Shown here: positions 50,734 through 61,656 of the stretch, in pieces
How positions within the stretch are numbered: position 1 is the first letter of the stretch
Layout: each line of letters begins with the position of its first letter
DNA from: Candidatus Poribacteria bacterium
GTDB lineage: Bacteria > Poribacteria > WGA-4E > WGA-3G
Assembly (NCBI GenBank): GCA_965214095.1
Contig: OZ243938.1
Span: forward strand, 4,032,001-4,096,000
Direction of reading: 5' to 3'
DNA: 64,000 bases
Notes under the pieces: model-generated
What the model was told of the DNA's origin: nothing
What the model saw: the letters and a program-made list of their open reading frames with translations, nothing else
Databases searched by the model: none
Made by a program: the position numbers and the translations under genes

Positions 50734-51512
50734 CTATCGTTCACGGTCAGTTTTTATGGCTCCCCAAGTCGTAGTCAATTTTTCTGCAGGTTCTACAGGC
50801 AAGAAAGCACCATCTTTTATAGTGTTTAACTCTGCTTCAGTAATGACACGATTGAACAAGAACACTTCATCAATAATGCCCGTGAAAAATTCTAATCCGG
50901 GATGTCTTGCCCCGACCATTACTGAACCGTCAATCTGTATTACTTCAGGTGGTTTTGCACCACCGCCTACTCTTCGTCCATCATAGTAAATGCTAACATC
51001 CTTGTCTATATCATGCGTTACAGCAATATGAACCCAGTCTTGTGGTTGATTCTCATCAGTGATACCTTTCTGTGCCCAACCAGGAGCTTTAGACCAGAGA
51101 TAAGTCTTTTGATTATCATTATTAAATATCGTTGCCCAGACAAGAGACCCAGCAGCTACCATATAATTCCAAGTCGCAACTTGATTGGCTCCGCGTTTAA
51201 CCCAAAATGCAATAGAAAACTGCTTCCTTAACTGTAAACTATCGTTGATAGGAACTATTACGTACTGCTTATTTGCACCATCAAACTCAAGTGCTTTTCC
51301 ATCATATTGTCCATCAACCCATGAGGGATTTGCCATCAGTTCACCATCATTTCCGTGTGAGAACCGTCTTTGGCAGTTTTACCGTTGCCTTCATCAAATG
51401 ATAGGTATAGAACGAGTGATTCATCATCTAAACCGGCATGTGAAGCAAGAGGAACAATGAACATTGTCAGTACTGTCAAGAATGCTGCGATGATATTGAT
51501 TCGTTTCAACAC
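50734..51512 (-). pseudogene. Secreted LamG/concanavalin-like protein with C-terminal EKLTTTWGAIK tail; single-base frameshift near 51357
   Basis: AGGAGGAG RBS, GTG 51512, signal peptide and LVLYLSFDEGNGKTAKDGS in one frame; HGNDGELMANPSWVDG..GKALEFDG..WVHIAVT..FTGIIDEV in another. Confidence 0.8.
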
Positions 51513-51599
51513 TGTTGTCTCCTCCTTACATTGTGACTTTTATTCTAAATTAGTATACAATATTTCTTATACACCAGACACTTCGTAACCACAAATAAT

Positions 51600-53342
51600 T
51601 TAGCATGCACCACACTTTTTGCAAACTGTGGTATCACATGCACTTGTCATAAAACCTTTTTCATGTTTGTTATGTTCAAGCTGTAAGAATTGAGGTTTAA
51701 CATTTAGATCAAGATGGTCCCAAGGATTAATTTCACTAAAACTTCGTTGTCGTAAAGCATAAAAATCAGGTGCTAATCCGTGTTGACGAAAGGCATTGTT
51801 CCAAGAATTACCGTTTGCAAGTTCTAATATGACTTTTCCAAGTCGGCGGTCTCCTCTGGCCAGTACTGCTTCTTGATGTGCCATCCGAGCACTTGCTGAT
51901 GATACTTTTATACTTCCAAGTCTGTTTATTTCACGTTTTAAATAATCAAGTTTTTTCGCAATTGTCTTTGGTGGTTCCATTGGAACCCATTGGAACGGTG
52001 TATGCGGTTTTGGTACCATCGGTGATATGGTAAAACTGATACGACCAATCTTTCCAGATCGCTTCGCATGTGGCAATAGGAGAGTTCGCATCTCTTTAGC
52101 CATATCAACAATCGCGGTCACATCGGCTGGGGTTTCATAAGGGACACCAATAAGGAAATACAAACGCAGATTGAGTATGTCTCGTTTCAATGCTTCTTCA
52201 AATACATGGTAGAGTCTTTCTCTTGGAATTGCTTTGTTAACGACTTTCTGTAAATCTTCGGTTGCAACTTCGGGTGCGATAGTGATAGTACCTTGATCAC
52301 TATCAGCGAGTGCATCAAGGAGTGGTGTTTCAACGGTTTCTGCGCGTAGCGAGGCACATGAAATACGGAATCCTTTATCTACTAAACCTGAAGCGATCTC
52401 GTTGATCTGCGGATGATCGGATATAGAGGCACCGACTAAACCGATTCTATCGGTAATTCCTCTTGCTTTTTCGGCCAATGCAAGTGTGTTCTCTACGGAA
52501 CGATGTCTCGGCCATCTTCGTGCATAATCTGCAACACAGAAACGACACTGTCTTCCACATCCACGGACAATTTCAATCAGATGGGCGTTAGAAAACTCAG
52601 TATTTGGTGTATGTATGTGTGTGCAGGTTTGAACATTATCCAGGACCGGGACTGCTGCTGAAGTTACTTTTGCAGGAAAGCCGTTCTGTGCTTGAACATT
52701 CGCAACCGTTCCATCATCTTGGTACGCAACATCATAAAAACTGGGAACATAGAAACCCGGTTCTTTGCCGAGAGATTCTAAAAGGTCTGCCTTGGGTGAG
52801 TTTGACATTTTCCAATCATGGAATCTATCCATGAATGTGTGTATCGTCAATTCTGCTTCACCGACGACGAAGACATCAATGAAATCTGCCAGAGGCTCAG
52901 GATTGTATGATATGTTGATTCCACCTGCGATGACAAGTGGGTCCCATTCGGTACGCTCTTCCGTAAGCTGCGGGATGTTGCCTAATTTCAATGCACGAAC
53001 AATATTCACATAGTCGGATTCAAAGGATACTGAGAAACCAACAATATCAAATATATTCAGAGACGTTTGCGTTTCTAAAGAGAAAAGAGGTTTCTTCTTC
53101 CTTATGAGTTCATTGACATATTGTGGTTCAGGAATAAAAACACGTTCACAAGATGTATCTTCGCGTCCATTCAACGTTGCATAGATTACTTGCATACCCA
53201 AACTCGACATACCGAGTTGATATGTACTTGGATAAACAAGTGCGAACCTATTTGATTTTCTAATATTTGTTGCTGTACGCTGACCTTCAATAGCATATTG
53301 TTCAGTTTCTAATAGCTGCTGAGTATGCTGGTATAAATCCAA
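51600..53342 (-). CDS. B12-binding-like radical SAM protein (YgiQ/TIGR03960-like)
   Basis: YPSTYQLGMSSLG, RGCGRQCRFC, PKPHTPFQW, C-terminal C..C..CGAC. Confidence 0.88.
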   Translation of the reverse strand: MDLYQHTQQLLETEQYAIEGQRTATNIRKSNRFALVYPSTYQLGMSSLGMQVIYATLNGREDTSCERVFIPEPQYVNELIRKKKPLFSLETQTSLNIFDIVGFSVSFESDYVNIVRALKLGNIPQLTEERTEWDPLVIAGGINISYNPEPLADFIDVFVVGEAELTIHTFMDRFHDWKMSNSPKADLLESLGKEPGFYVPSFYDVAYQDDGTVANVQAQNGFPAKVTSAAVPVLDNVQTCTHIHTPNTEFSNAHLIEIVRGCGRQCRFCVADYARRWPRHRSVENTLALAEKARGITDRIGLVGASISDHPQINEIASGLVDKGFRISCASLRAETVETPLLDALADSDQGTITIAPEVATEDLQKVVNKAIPRERLYHVFEEALKRDILNLRLYFLIGVPYETPADVTAIVDMAKEMRTLLLPHAKRSGKIGRISFTISPMVPKPHTPFQWVPMEPPKTIAKKLDYLKREINRLGSIKVSSASARMAHQEAVLARGDRRLGKVILELANGNSWNNAFRQHGLAPDFYALRQRSFSEINPWDHLDLNVKPQFLQLEHNKHEKGFMTSACDTTVCKKCGAC

Positions 53343-53381
53343 TTTGAATCCTCTTAAAATGTTTAGTAGATAAAATCGTAG

Positions 53382-54701
53382 TTAGTTTCTACGTTTATCT
53401 CTTTTCTGTTGAACACGCAGGAACGATGGTATATCCCACTGTTTTTCTTTGTCCTGATCTTTTTCATCATCGACCGGTTGCTCAGTGTTTTCTTGCTGTT
53501 CCTGTCCACCACGTGGCGGTCTTTGTTGGGGCGTTGGTCGAGGCGGTGAACTCGTTTCTCTTTCTTGCGGTTGACGTTCCCAAGCATTCCGTTGTGTTCC
53601 AGGTTGATTCCTTCCAGCACCACCAGCCTCATTAGTTCTAATCCTACTTCCCTGCAGCATCGGATTTGGTTGTACTTGACGATTGAAGCCGCCACTCTGA
53701 CCGCCTCCCTGCCTAGCATTGAAGTTTGCATCTGTTGGTGGGTCAAAACCTGTTGCAATAACTGTCACCAGAACTTCATCTTTGAGTTCCAGTTCATCTC
53801 TGTAAACCAATCCAAAGATTGGTTCTGCATCTTCAGATGCTTCAACGATGACGCGCATTGTTTCATCTAATTCAGCCATTGTGAAATCAGGCGGAGAAGT
53901 GATATTAACGATCATCCCAATAGCTCCAGAAATACTGGTTTCTTCAAGTAATGGTGAGGAAATAGCTTGCTCAGCAGCTGCAATTGCACGATTGTCACCA
54001 GTTGCTCTTCCCATACCCATCAATGCCGTTCCGGCATCGCGCATGACAGTCTCTACGTCCGCGAAATCAACATTAATCTCACCTGCTTCCGTGATAATAT
54101 CAGAAATGCTTTGAACACCGTGTAATAGGATTTCGTCTCCAATCTTAAACGCGTCTTGAATCGGGAGTTTTCTATCAAAGTTATCAATCAGACGTTGATT
54201 AGGTACAACGATTACTGAGTCTGCGTTGTTGCGAAGTTCCTTTAAACCTGCTTCGGCGTTTTCTGCCCGTCGTCTTCCTTCAAAGTTAAAAGGTCGCGTT
54301 ACGACTCCGATAGTTAAGGCACCCTTTTCTTTTGCCAGAGATGCGACAATTGGAGCTGCACCCGTACCAGTTCCACCACCCATACCAGCTGCGACAAAGA
54401 CCATATGTGCTGACTCAACAATTTCTTGAAGGTATTCACGATCTTCATTAGCAGCCTTTGCTCCGATTTCTGGGTTGGAACCTGCCCCTAAGCCCTTGGT
54501 TGTGCTCTCACCGATCTTAATTTGTGTTGCACCATGACATGTGCTGAGTGCTTGTTGATCTGTGTTCACTGCATAGAATTCAATACCTGTGAGTGCAGCT
54601 TCAATCATACGTCTCACTGCATTCCCACCAGCTCCACCTACACCAATAACCTTAATTTTTGCACTCGCATTCTCAAATTCTTCTTGTTCAAAAGCTATCA
54701 T
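53382..54701 (-). CDS. ftsZ: Cell division protein FtsZ
   Basis: GVGGAGGNAV, GMGGGTGTG, INVDFADV, C-terminal DIPSFLR. Confidence 0.99.
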   Translation of the reverse strand: MIAFEQEEFENASAKIKVIGVGGAGGNAVRRMIEAALTGIEFYAVNTDQQALSTCHGATQIKIGESTTKGLGAGSNPEIGAKAANEDREYLQEIVESAHMVFVAAGMGGGTGTGAAPIVASLAKEKGALTIGVVTRPFNFEGRRRAENAEAGLKELRNNADSVIVVPNQRLIDNFDRKLPIQDAFKIGDEILLHGVQSISDIITEAGEINVDFADVETVMRDAGTALMGMGRATGDNRAIAAAEQAISSPLLEETSISGAIGMIVNITSPPDFTMAELDETMRVIVEASEDAEPIFGLVYRDELELKDEVLVTVIATGFDPPTDANFNARQGGGQSGGFNRQVQPNPMLQGSRIRTNEAGGAGRNQPGTQRNAWERQPQERETSSPPRPTPQQRPPRGGQEQQENTEQPVDDEKDQDKEKQWDIPSFLRVQQKRDKRRN

Positions 54702-55041
54702 TTTTTGTTTTTAGTCGCCCTTGGATAACTCATCCTTTAGCACTTCTACTGCATCGGTTTAGTTTCGTCAATTACAGTAACGTGTATTACCATTGGCAAC
54801 CTAATTCCTCCATATCAAAATGTTGTCTGTGATTACAATAAACATAATGCAGTAATACCAGATCTAAAGATTTAAATTTACTCGTTGTGCAAATCTTAGT
54901 ATGTAGGTAGAATTTCTGATAAGTAATGTATAGTGGTAATATCTTCATTACATAACCTAAGATCCGAACAAACACTAAATATATATGTGTTATTTCAACC
55001 TAATCTCTTCCGTTTAATTTTACTGAACTTATCTTTTTAAC

Positions 55042-55178
55042 TATAGTAAAATTTGAAATTAACTATACACTTTGCATTTAGAAAAACGCGTTTGTAGTCG
55101 CGCAATTCATTGCGCTTCTTACATTGTATAAATAAGCAATTGGGACAATATGTTTCATTAATTGTAAGTTTTACCATA
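55042..55178. mobile_element. MITE-like cassette with TA-ended TIRs enclosing one GTAG-REP
   Basis: Left TATAGTAAAATTTGAAATTAA vs reverse-complemented right TATGGTAAAACTTACAATTAA; internal GTAGTCGCGCAATTCATTGCGC (55094-55115). Confidence 0.7.
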
Positions 55179-55311
55179 AAATACGACTTTTTCTGTCTTT
55201 ATATGTATTGAAATCATAGTTTCACTATTATACATATAATATGCTTTTTAATCAATAAATTGAATCATGTCATCAAGGTTGTTTAGTTTTAACGTGAATT
55301 CGGTGTATCTG

Positions 55312-55348
55312 TTGTATGAAGGGTTTCGCTCCTCAACCCAACATACAA
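55312..55348 (-). repeat. Degenerate REP palindrome
   Basis: Minus strand GTATGTTGGGTTGAGGAGCGAAACCC. Confidence 0.45.
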
Positions 55349-55463
55349 TCATGATAAAGTGAAAATCTGAATACTAAATAGACCTGTCTATATATGGTTT
55401 AGGAAGTAGCACATCAAGTTTAGTATCTATTAGATTGTAATTTAACCTTCTGGTTTATTCTAT

Positions 55464-56699
55464 TTAGTATCCGAACCATTCTTTTATGTTTCTGAAAAAC
55501 CCACCCATCGGACTTAAACTGCGTCTTAATGTTTGTGCTTGTTTTTCTTCACGTCGTAATGATTCACCATACATAGATAAACCTAAACTTGTGGAAAACA
55601 TAGGATAATTAATCCTGTCTGTCAATCCTTTTAATTCCATTGGATAACCAACTTGAACACGTAGTTGTAAAATCTCTTCAGCAAGTTCAGTTAATCCATC
55701 CATGAGTGAAGTGCCCCCCGTAAGAACCAATCCACCTGGAAGTTGCATGCCAGAGATCTCACTTGCTATTGCTTCAAGTATATCTACCATTCTATATTCA
55801 ATGATTTGCGCTAATTCAAGTCGACTTATAAACCTCGGTGGAGATGACTCGGTTGTAATAGGCACAGGGTTAGCGTCTTCTTCTGTTATCCACTGAGTCC
55901 AAGCACAACCACGATGTAGTTTTAGTTCCTCAGCCGTTGGAAGTGTTACTTTTAAATATTGTGCAATATCGTTTGTTACGTGTTGTCCGCCAACGGGAAA
56001 AACAGCGATGTGTTCAATAGCATCTTCTTTATACACAATTATGTCTGTTGTTTGGTCTCCAATGTCCGCAAGTGCAATTCCTGCTTCACGTTCATCTCTC
56101 TGCAAAACAGCTTTTGCTGAGGCAAGTGGAGCAACTGCCAAGGTTTCAACACTTGGAATATCCGCACTTTCTACACTGTTCAACAGACTCTGAATTCCAC
56201 TTGTATTTCCAGTGATGATATATGCATTTGCTTCTAAACGTGCACCTGACATGCCAATTGGTTCTTTTATTTTAATATCCATGTCAACAACAAAGTTCTG
56301 TTCAAGCACATGTAGAATATCCTGTCCATCTGGGATAGGTGCTATAGACCTTGCCGATTGAATAGCACGGTCTACATCATCCTTTGTTATCTGTGAAGTA
56401 TTCTTGACTGTTATTACGCCGCGTGATGTTTGTCCGTTGATATGCTCACCAGAAATTCCCAAACATACAGACTCAATGTTTATTCCAGCCATAAGTTCTG
56501 CTTCTGAAATTGCCTCACGAATCGCTGCTGCTGTAGCATTGATGTCTACGACAATACCTCTTCTCAATCCTTTTGAGTTTGCAACACCAACACCGATAAT
56601 TTCCATCTGGCCATCCAAACTCGGTAGTGCATGGCATACTACGGCAGAAATCTTACTTGATCCTATATCTAATCCAGTGATAATGGTTCCTTTTGCCAT
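55464..56699 (-). CDS. ftsA: Cell division protein FtsA
   Basis: GLDIGSSKI, SKGLRRG.VVD, DIG..TTD, GG.HVTNDIA, GLVLTGGTS. Confidence 0.96.
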   Translation of the reverse strand: MAKGTIITGLDIGSSKISAVVCHALPSLDGQMEIIGVGVANSKGLRRGIVVDINATAAAIREAISEAELMAGINIESVCLGISGEHINGQTSRGVITVKNTSQITKDDVDRAIQSARSIAPIPDGQDILHVLEQNFVVDMDIKIKEPIGMSGARLEANAYIITGNTSGIQSLLNSVESADIPSVETLAVAPLASAKAVLQRDEREAGIALADIGDQTTDIIVYKEDAIEHIAVFPVGGQHVTNDIAQYLKVTLPTAEELKLHRGCAWTQWITEEDANPVPITTESSPPRFISRLELAQIIEYRMVDILEAIASEISGMQLPGGLVLTGGTSLMDGLTELAEEILQLRVQVGYPMELKGLTDRINYPMFSTSLGLSMYGESLRREEKQAQTLRRSLSPMGGFFRNIKEWFGY

Positions 56700-57656
56700 C
56701 TATCTGCTGTCACCTCCTATAAATAGTGTGTCTGCATATCTGCTATCCAAATATGTATATTTATCTGGTAAAGAATTTACCTTCTTACCCATACGATTTT
56801 TATTTGTTAGATTATATTTTTTTTGTTGAAGTATGAGGAGTCCTTGTTGCTGAATAAACAGAGCTACATTATCAAGTCCAGTTTCAAGCATATCGGAAGC
56901 GATCCATACTGGCATAGGTAAATCAGCCAATTCAATAATGATTTTGTCAGAAATTCTGGCATCAATGCTCCTTAAGTTTTTTCTCAGTTCAGGTTTTCTG
57001 TTAATTACGAGTTTCAAAATCTGAATACCTCGTTGGGTTGTTCCAGACTTGAGCTGCTTCCCAACTTCAGGAAAATGTATTCCTTCATCTAAGATAAGTG
57101 TCTTGTGTGTAAAATCTTCTCGTTGTATTAATTCTAACACATAACCAGCTCCATCTATCAAGTAAAATGTATCAGTCTTTGGCATCCCTTTTGCGTTTTT
57201 CAGTAAATCTTTTGATTTTTCACCTGACGATTGTATATGCCGCACTCGTGCAAACGGTTTTCGTTCTGTAATTTCAACAGATAACTGTCGCTTTACATAA
57301 TTCTTTGTGACATAAGCATCCTTAACATAACTTAAATTGTTCTTCAAATATGTAGCCGTTTTAGATTCAGAGTCAGTAATGATATTTTGGAGGTTATCTC
57401 CTAACACATCATAAATATCTCCTTCGGTATAGTGTGACTTACCAGTGATATTTATGATTACATGGACTTGATCAATATCAAATAATCCAACAAATAACTT
57501 CGTCAAAAACAAAAAAGTGATAACGACGGTACCATAAATAACTATTCTTCTTGTACGATATCTTGGTGTTCGTATCCTTTTTGGTTTGAAAATACGATGT
57601 TCAGGTCCATCCTTTCTCCGTTTTTTAGCATTAAAGAATTTCATTTTCAAACTCAA
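56700..57656 (-). CDS. ftsQ: FtsQ/DivIB-like cell division protein
   Basis: Basic N-terminus, single TM, POTRA-like region ending VEITERKP, YLDSRY; position upstream of ftsA. Confidence 0.75.
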   Translation of the reverse strand: MSLKMKFFNAKKRRKDGPEHRIFKPKRIRTPRYRTRRIVIYGTVVITFLFLTKLFVGLFDIDQVHVIINITGKSHYTEGDIYDVLGDNLQNIITDSESKTATYLKNNLSYVKDAYVTKNYVKRQLSVEITERKPFARVRHIQSSGEKSKDLLKNAKGMPKTDTFYLIDGAGYVLELIQREDFTHKTLILDEGIHFPEVGKQLKSGTTQRGIQILKLVINRKPELRKNLRSIDARISDKIIIELADLPMPVWIASDMLETGLDNVALFIQQQGLLILQQKKYNLTNKNRMGKKVNSLPDKYTYLDSRYADTLFIGGDSR

Positions 57657-59018
57657 TTAGGAAGCACATTTGTTAAGAAATTTTTGTCCGACTTCCATTA
57701 TATCTCCAGCTCCCAAAGTGATTATCAAATCATGTGGTTGTGTAATCTCATTGAGATGTTCAACCACATCATCCATTTCAGTAATATAACTAACATTGGG
57801 ATGTCCAAGTGCTTTTATAGCATTTGCCAAGTTTTTGCCTGATACATTTTCTATCGGTTCCTCGCCTGCTCCATAGATAGATGTAACGATCAGAACATCA
57901 GCCTGATCAAATGATCGTGAAAATTCGTCTGCGAGATCCCTCACTCGTGCGTATCTATGTGGTTGAAAAACAGCAACAATACGACGATCATATCCATCTC
58001 TTGCCCCTTGCAATGCCGCTTGCAATTTTGCTGGATTATGTGCATAATCATCAACAACAACTATATCATCAACAATACCCAAAACTTCAAAACGTCGATG
58101 AACGCCTTGGAAAGATTCAAGTGCGTTTTTTATATCTAAGAATGGAATCTCTAATTCAAGTCCGACTGCAATTGCCGCCAAGGAGTTAGAGATATTGTGT
58201 CTTCCGGGCATCTTAAGATGAACATTACCACACATTTCGCCGTGCGATCGAACTCTATAGTGAGACGTAGGACCATCAATCTGGATATCTTCTGCAATCA
58301 GATCAGCATGTGAGTTAAGTCCGTAGGTTACAAATCTCCTATTAATTTTTGTCAATAGATTCTTTATATTTTCATGATCAAGACATAATATAGCTGAACC
58401 GTAAAAGGGAACTTTGTTGACAAATGTGAGGAAAGTTTCACCGATCTCTTTTATGCTGTTGTAATAGTCAAGATGATCTGCATCTACAGAAGTGACAACG
58501 GCAATGGTTGGATAAAACATCTCTATTGATCCATAAGCCTCATCTGCTTCAATGACCATCACATCACCGCGTCCACTCCGGGCATTGCTACCATTTATTA
58601 ACTTCCCACCGACAACAACTGTTGGGTCAAGAGTCGCCAAGACTGCTGCTGTCATTGCGGTTGTCGTCGTTTTTCCGTGTGTGCCGCTTACCGCAATACT
58701 ATATCGCATACGTGTAATTTCATTCAACATCTCGGCTCCCCGAATAATGGGGATTTTGTTCTTTACTGCTGCTTGCAATTCAGAGTTGTTTTCAGGAATT
58801 GCTGGAGATATTACCACTACGTCTGCTCCATCAATATTTGATGAAGAATGACTATACCATATATTGGCTCCACATTTTTGTAAATGTTCAGTTGTTGCCG
58901 ATTTCTTTATGTCAGATCCAGTGACATAAAAATCGTGGTCAAGTAGTACCTCAGCGATACCACTCAATCCTGCACCTCCTATACCAATAATATGAATGTG
59001 TTGAGTCTTACCTAACAA
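57657..59018 (-). CDS. murC: UDP-N-acetylmuramate--L-alanine ligase
   Basis: IGIGGAGLSGIA, GTHGKTTTT, EADE, DDYAH.P, FQPHRY. Confidence 0.97.
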   Translation of the reverse strand: MLGKTQHIHIIGIGGAGLSGIAEVLLDHDFYVTGSDIKKSATTEHLQKCGANIWYSHSSSNIDGADVVVISPAIPENNSELQAAVKNKIPIIRGAEMLNEITRMRYSIAVSGTHGKTTTTAMTAAVLATLDPTVVVGGKLINGSNARSGRGDVMVIEADEAYGSIEMFYPTIAVVTSVDADHLDYYNSIKEIGETFLTFVNKVPFYGSAILCLDHENIKNLLTKINRRFVTYGLNSHADLIAEDIQIDGPTSHYRVRSHGEMCGNVHLKMPGRHNISNSLAAIAVGLELEIPFLDIKNALESFQGVHRRFEVLGIVDDIVVVDDYAHNPAKLQAALQGARDGYDRRIVAVFQPHRYARVRDLADEFSRSFDQADVLIVTSIYGAGEEPIENVSGKNLANAIKALGHPNVSYITEMDDVVEHLNEITQPHDLIITLGAGDIMEVGQKFLNKCAS

Positions 59019-59086
59019 CCGGGACCTCCAGCGTAAATGCTTAACATACTCAAAAACGATGGGTAGGTATCTATTGTTTACACCGA

Positions 59087-60316
59087 TTATGCAAGTCTAT
59101 ATACTGATTCGGCAATTGCTTGACTCGCACTGGGATGCCCTAACTTCTGACTTGCTGATTTCATTTTTGAATATGCGTCTTGGTCTGTTAAAATATTATG
59201 TAGGGTATCAGCAAGAATTTCTGGTTTCAACATTTCCTGTTGAAGAACGATGGCTGCACCTGTCTTTGCAACCGATTCCGCATTATCTACTTGGTTATTA
59301 CCAACAGCAGCGGGTAACGGAATAAAGATCGCGGGAATTCCGCAAGCCGTGACTTCAGAGACAGTCATTCCACCCGCTCTACATATCATTAAATCTGCTA
59401 TACTATAGATTTCTTCTACCTTATCAAAGAACGGTTGAGCATGATGGGGTATTCCATTTTCAACATAAGCTGCATGCACATCATCAGCATTTATTTTACC
59501 GGTTTGATGAATAATTTGGATTGGAATCGTTCTGGAACTCTTCTCAGATTCTACTCCATCTACATTTGATTCAGAATTATGTGCACAGGAATAATTTGCT
59601 ATTAATGGCGCAGCATTTATCAAAGCTTCATTTACGGTTTGAGAACCTTGGCTGCCCCCCATTACGAATACTGTTTTGCTATTTGGACATAAATTATACT
59701 TTCTGTATGTATTTTCATCCCGTGCAAATTCCGTTATCCCAGGACGAATAGGGTTACCAGTAACCTTTACGATGTGTTCAGGGAATCGTGGGGTTTCCTG
59801 CGGTAATGCAAGGTAGGCTGCCTGTGCCCATCGTGCCAGAATGCTATTTGTCAAACCAGGGGACACATTCTGTTCCTGAATTGCTATAGGAATGTCAAGC
59901 AACCATGCAGCAAAGAGAACAGGTCCAGAAACATAACCGCCTGTACCGATCACAACATCTGGTTTTATACGCTTTAAATACTTCAATGACTGTAATAGAC
60001 CGATACATACATTAATGATAACAGGAAACCACTTCCATGTCAAGCTGCGAGGGAACCCTTCAACAGTGATAGGCAGAAATTGGAAATCGTGTTGAGGAAT
60101 AAGCGTAGCTTCTAACCGATTGCTCCCACCGATAAAAACAAGGTCTACCTCCGTGTTCAAACGTTGAAGTGCTTGTGCAATTCCGATGGCAGGATATATG
60201 TGTCCACCTGTACCACCTCCAGCAAGAACGAATCTCTTCGCTCCATTTTCTATATCCATATTATCAGTTTGAACGTCCTGTCTATTAGGTCGTGTGTTTT
60301 CTTTTTTTACATCCAT
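59087..60316 (-). CDS. murG: Undecaprenyldiphospho-muramoylpentapeptide GlcNAc transferase
   Basis: GGGTGGHIYP, GTGGYVSGP, EQN, GNPIR, GGSQG, RAGG.TVSE; start uncertain. Confidence 0.96.
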   Translation of the reverse strand: MDVKKENTRPNRQDVQTDNMDIENGAKRFVLAGGGTGGHIYPAIGIAQALQRLNTEVDLVFIGGSNRLEATLIPQHDFQFLPITVEGFPRSLTWKWFPVIINVCIGLLQSLKYLKRIKPDVVIGTGGYVSGPVLFAAWLLDIPIAIQEQNVSPGLTNSILARWAQAAYLALPQETPRFPEHIVKVTGNPIRPGITEFARDENTYRKYNLCPNSKTVFVMGGSQGSQTVNEALINAAPLIANYSCAHNSESNVDGVESEKSSRTIPIQIIHQTGKINADDVHAAYVENGIPHHAQPFFDKVEEIYSIADLMICRAGGMTVSEVTACGIPAIFIPLPAAVGNNQVDNAESVAKTGAAIVLQQEMLKPEILADTLHNILTDQDAYSKMKSASQKLGHPSASQAIAESVYRLA

Positions 60317-60393
60317 CAGCGAATTTTGGTAGAAATAAATTATATATGTTATGAAGACATTAGTATAAGCAGAATCAACAATCTCATTTCTGT

Positions 60394-61596
60394 TTAAAGC
60401 CTTCTTGATTTTGGCGTTGTTCTTGTAGCACTTCGCGATATATTCAACATTATACCTACACAAACCAAACTAATTACAAGAGAGGAACCACCGTAGCTAA
60501 GAAATGGAAGTGTTATACCTTTTGTAGGAAGTAATCCAGTTACAACACCAATATTGATAAATGTCTGTAGACCAATGACAAGCGTAAGTCCAGTTGCGAA
60601 CAACGCACCGAATCGATTTTCTGTTCGTCTTGCTATTGATATACCTCGCCAAATGAATATCATAAAGATTATGGTAACACCTGCTGCACCGATAAATCCA
60701 AATTCTTCTCCTAAAACTGAAAAGATGAAATCAGTATGAGGATAGGGCAAATAATTAATCTTTGCAGCACTATCATCAATTCCGACTCCGTATAATCCGC
60801 CCCACTGTAATGCCTCTAATGAACGTTCAAGTTGAAAACCTGCGGCATCAGGAGATTGAAGCGTTGCCCAATAGTCAGTTACTCGTTTCAAACGATACGG
60901 ACTACTGAATATAAACCCAGACAATAAACCAACACCTGCTGTGATTAACATCAATGTGTGTGAAAGACGGATTCCTCCAATAAAGAGTAAACATCCGGCA
61001 GTCGCGGCTAATAGGACTGCTGAGCCGAAATCTGGTTGTCTTGCGACTAAACCAAACATCAATCCGATAATTAGGATATTTGGTAGAACGCCATGTAAAA
61101 AACTCTTTATCCGTTCCGGCTTTCGTGCCAAAAAATGTGCAACATGAATCAGTAATGCGATCTTTGCAAATTCAACAGGTTGAAAATTGACACCTTTTAC
61201 AGAAATCCATCTTCTAAATACCCCGCCATCTGCCCCTTGTACACCAAACCCTATCGGTGTGAAAACAAGAACAAGTAAGACAAAAGCAAGAAAGAGCAAG
61301 AGATTGCTGTACTTTTCATAGAACCTATACGGGATGTATGAAGCAACCCCCATACCTACCAGACCTATGAAGCAAGCAATGGATTGGATTTTTAAGTATT
61401 GATAATTATTACCGTACTGTTTCATTGACAAAACATGTCCAGCACTGTAAACCATCAAGATACCTATTCCAACCAACAGAAGCGTTACAGCAAGCAAGCC
61501 TGCGTCAACTCTTCCGCTTCCTGTATTCTGTACCTGTTCTCCTTTAACTGGTATGGTAGTAGAATTTGTAAAATGAATAGTATTTTGATTTTGCAT
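60394..61596 (-). CDS. ftsW: Peptidoglycan glycosyltransferase FtsW
   Basis: RRWI, QPVEFAK, QPDFG, LPYPHTDFIF, LPTKGITLPFLSYGGSS. Confidence 0.96.
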   Translation of the reverse strand: MQNQNTIHFTNSTTIPVKGEQVQNTGSGRVDAGLLAVTLLLVGIGILMVYSAGHVLSMKQYGNNYQYLKIQSIACFIGLVGMGVASYIPYRFYEKYSNLLLFLAFVLLVLVFTPIGFGVQGADGGVFRRWISVKGVNFQPVEFAKIALLIHVAHFLARKPERIKSFLHGVLPNILIIGLMFGLVARQPDFGSAVLLAATAGCLLFIGGIRLSHTLMLITAGVGLLSGFIFSSPYRLKRVTDYWATLQSPDAAGFQLERSLEALQWGGLYGVGIDDSAAKINYLPYPHTDFIFSVLGEEFGFIGAAGVTIIFMIFIWRGISIARRTENRFGALFATGLTLVIGLQTFINIGVVTGLLPTKGITLPFLSYGGSSLVISLVCVGIMLNISRSATRTTPKSRRL

Positions 61597-61656
61597 GGAT
61601 CTTTAGTATATTGTTTTATGTGAGTTCTATAAAATAGAATATTTATTCGTTTCATA

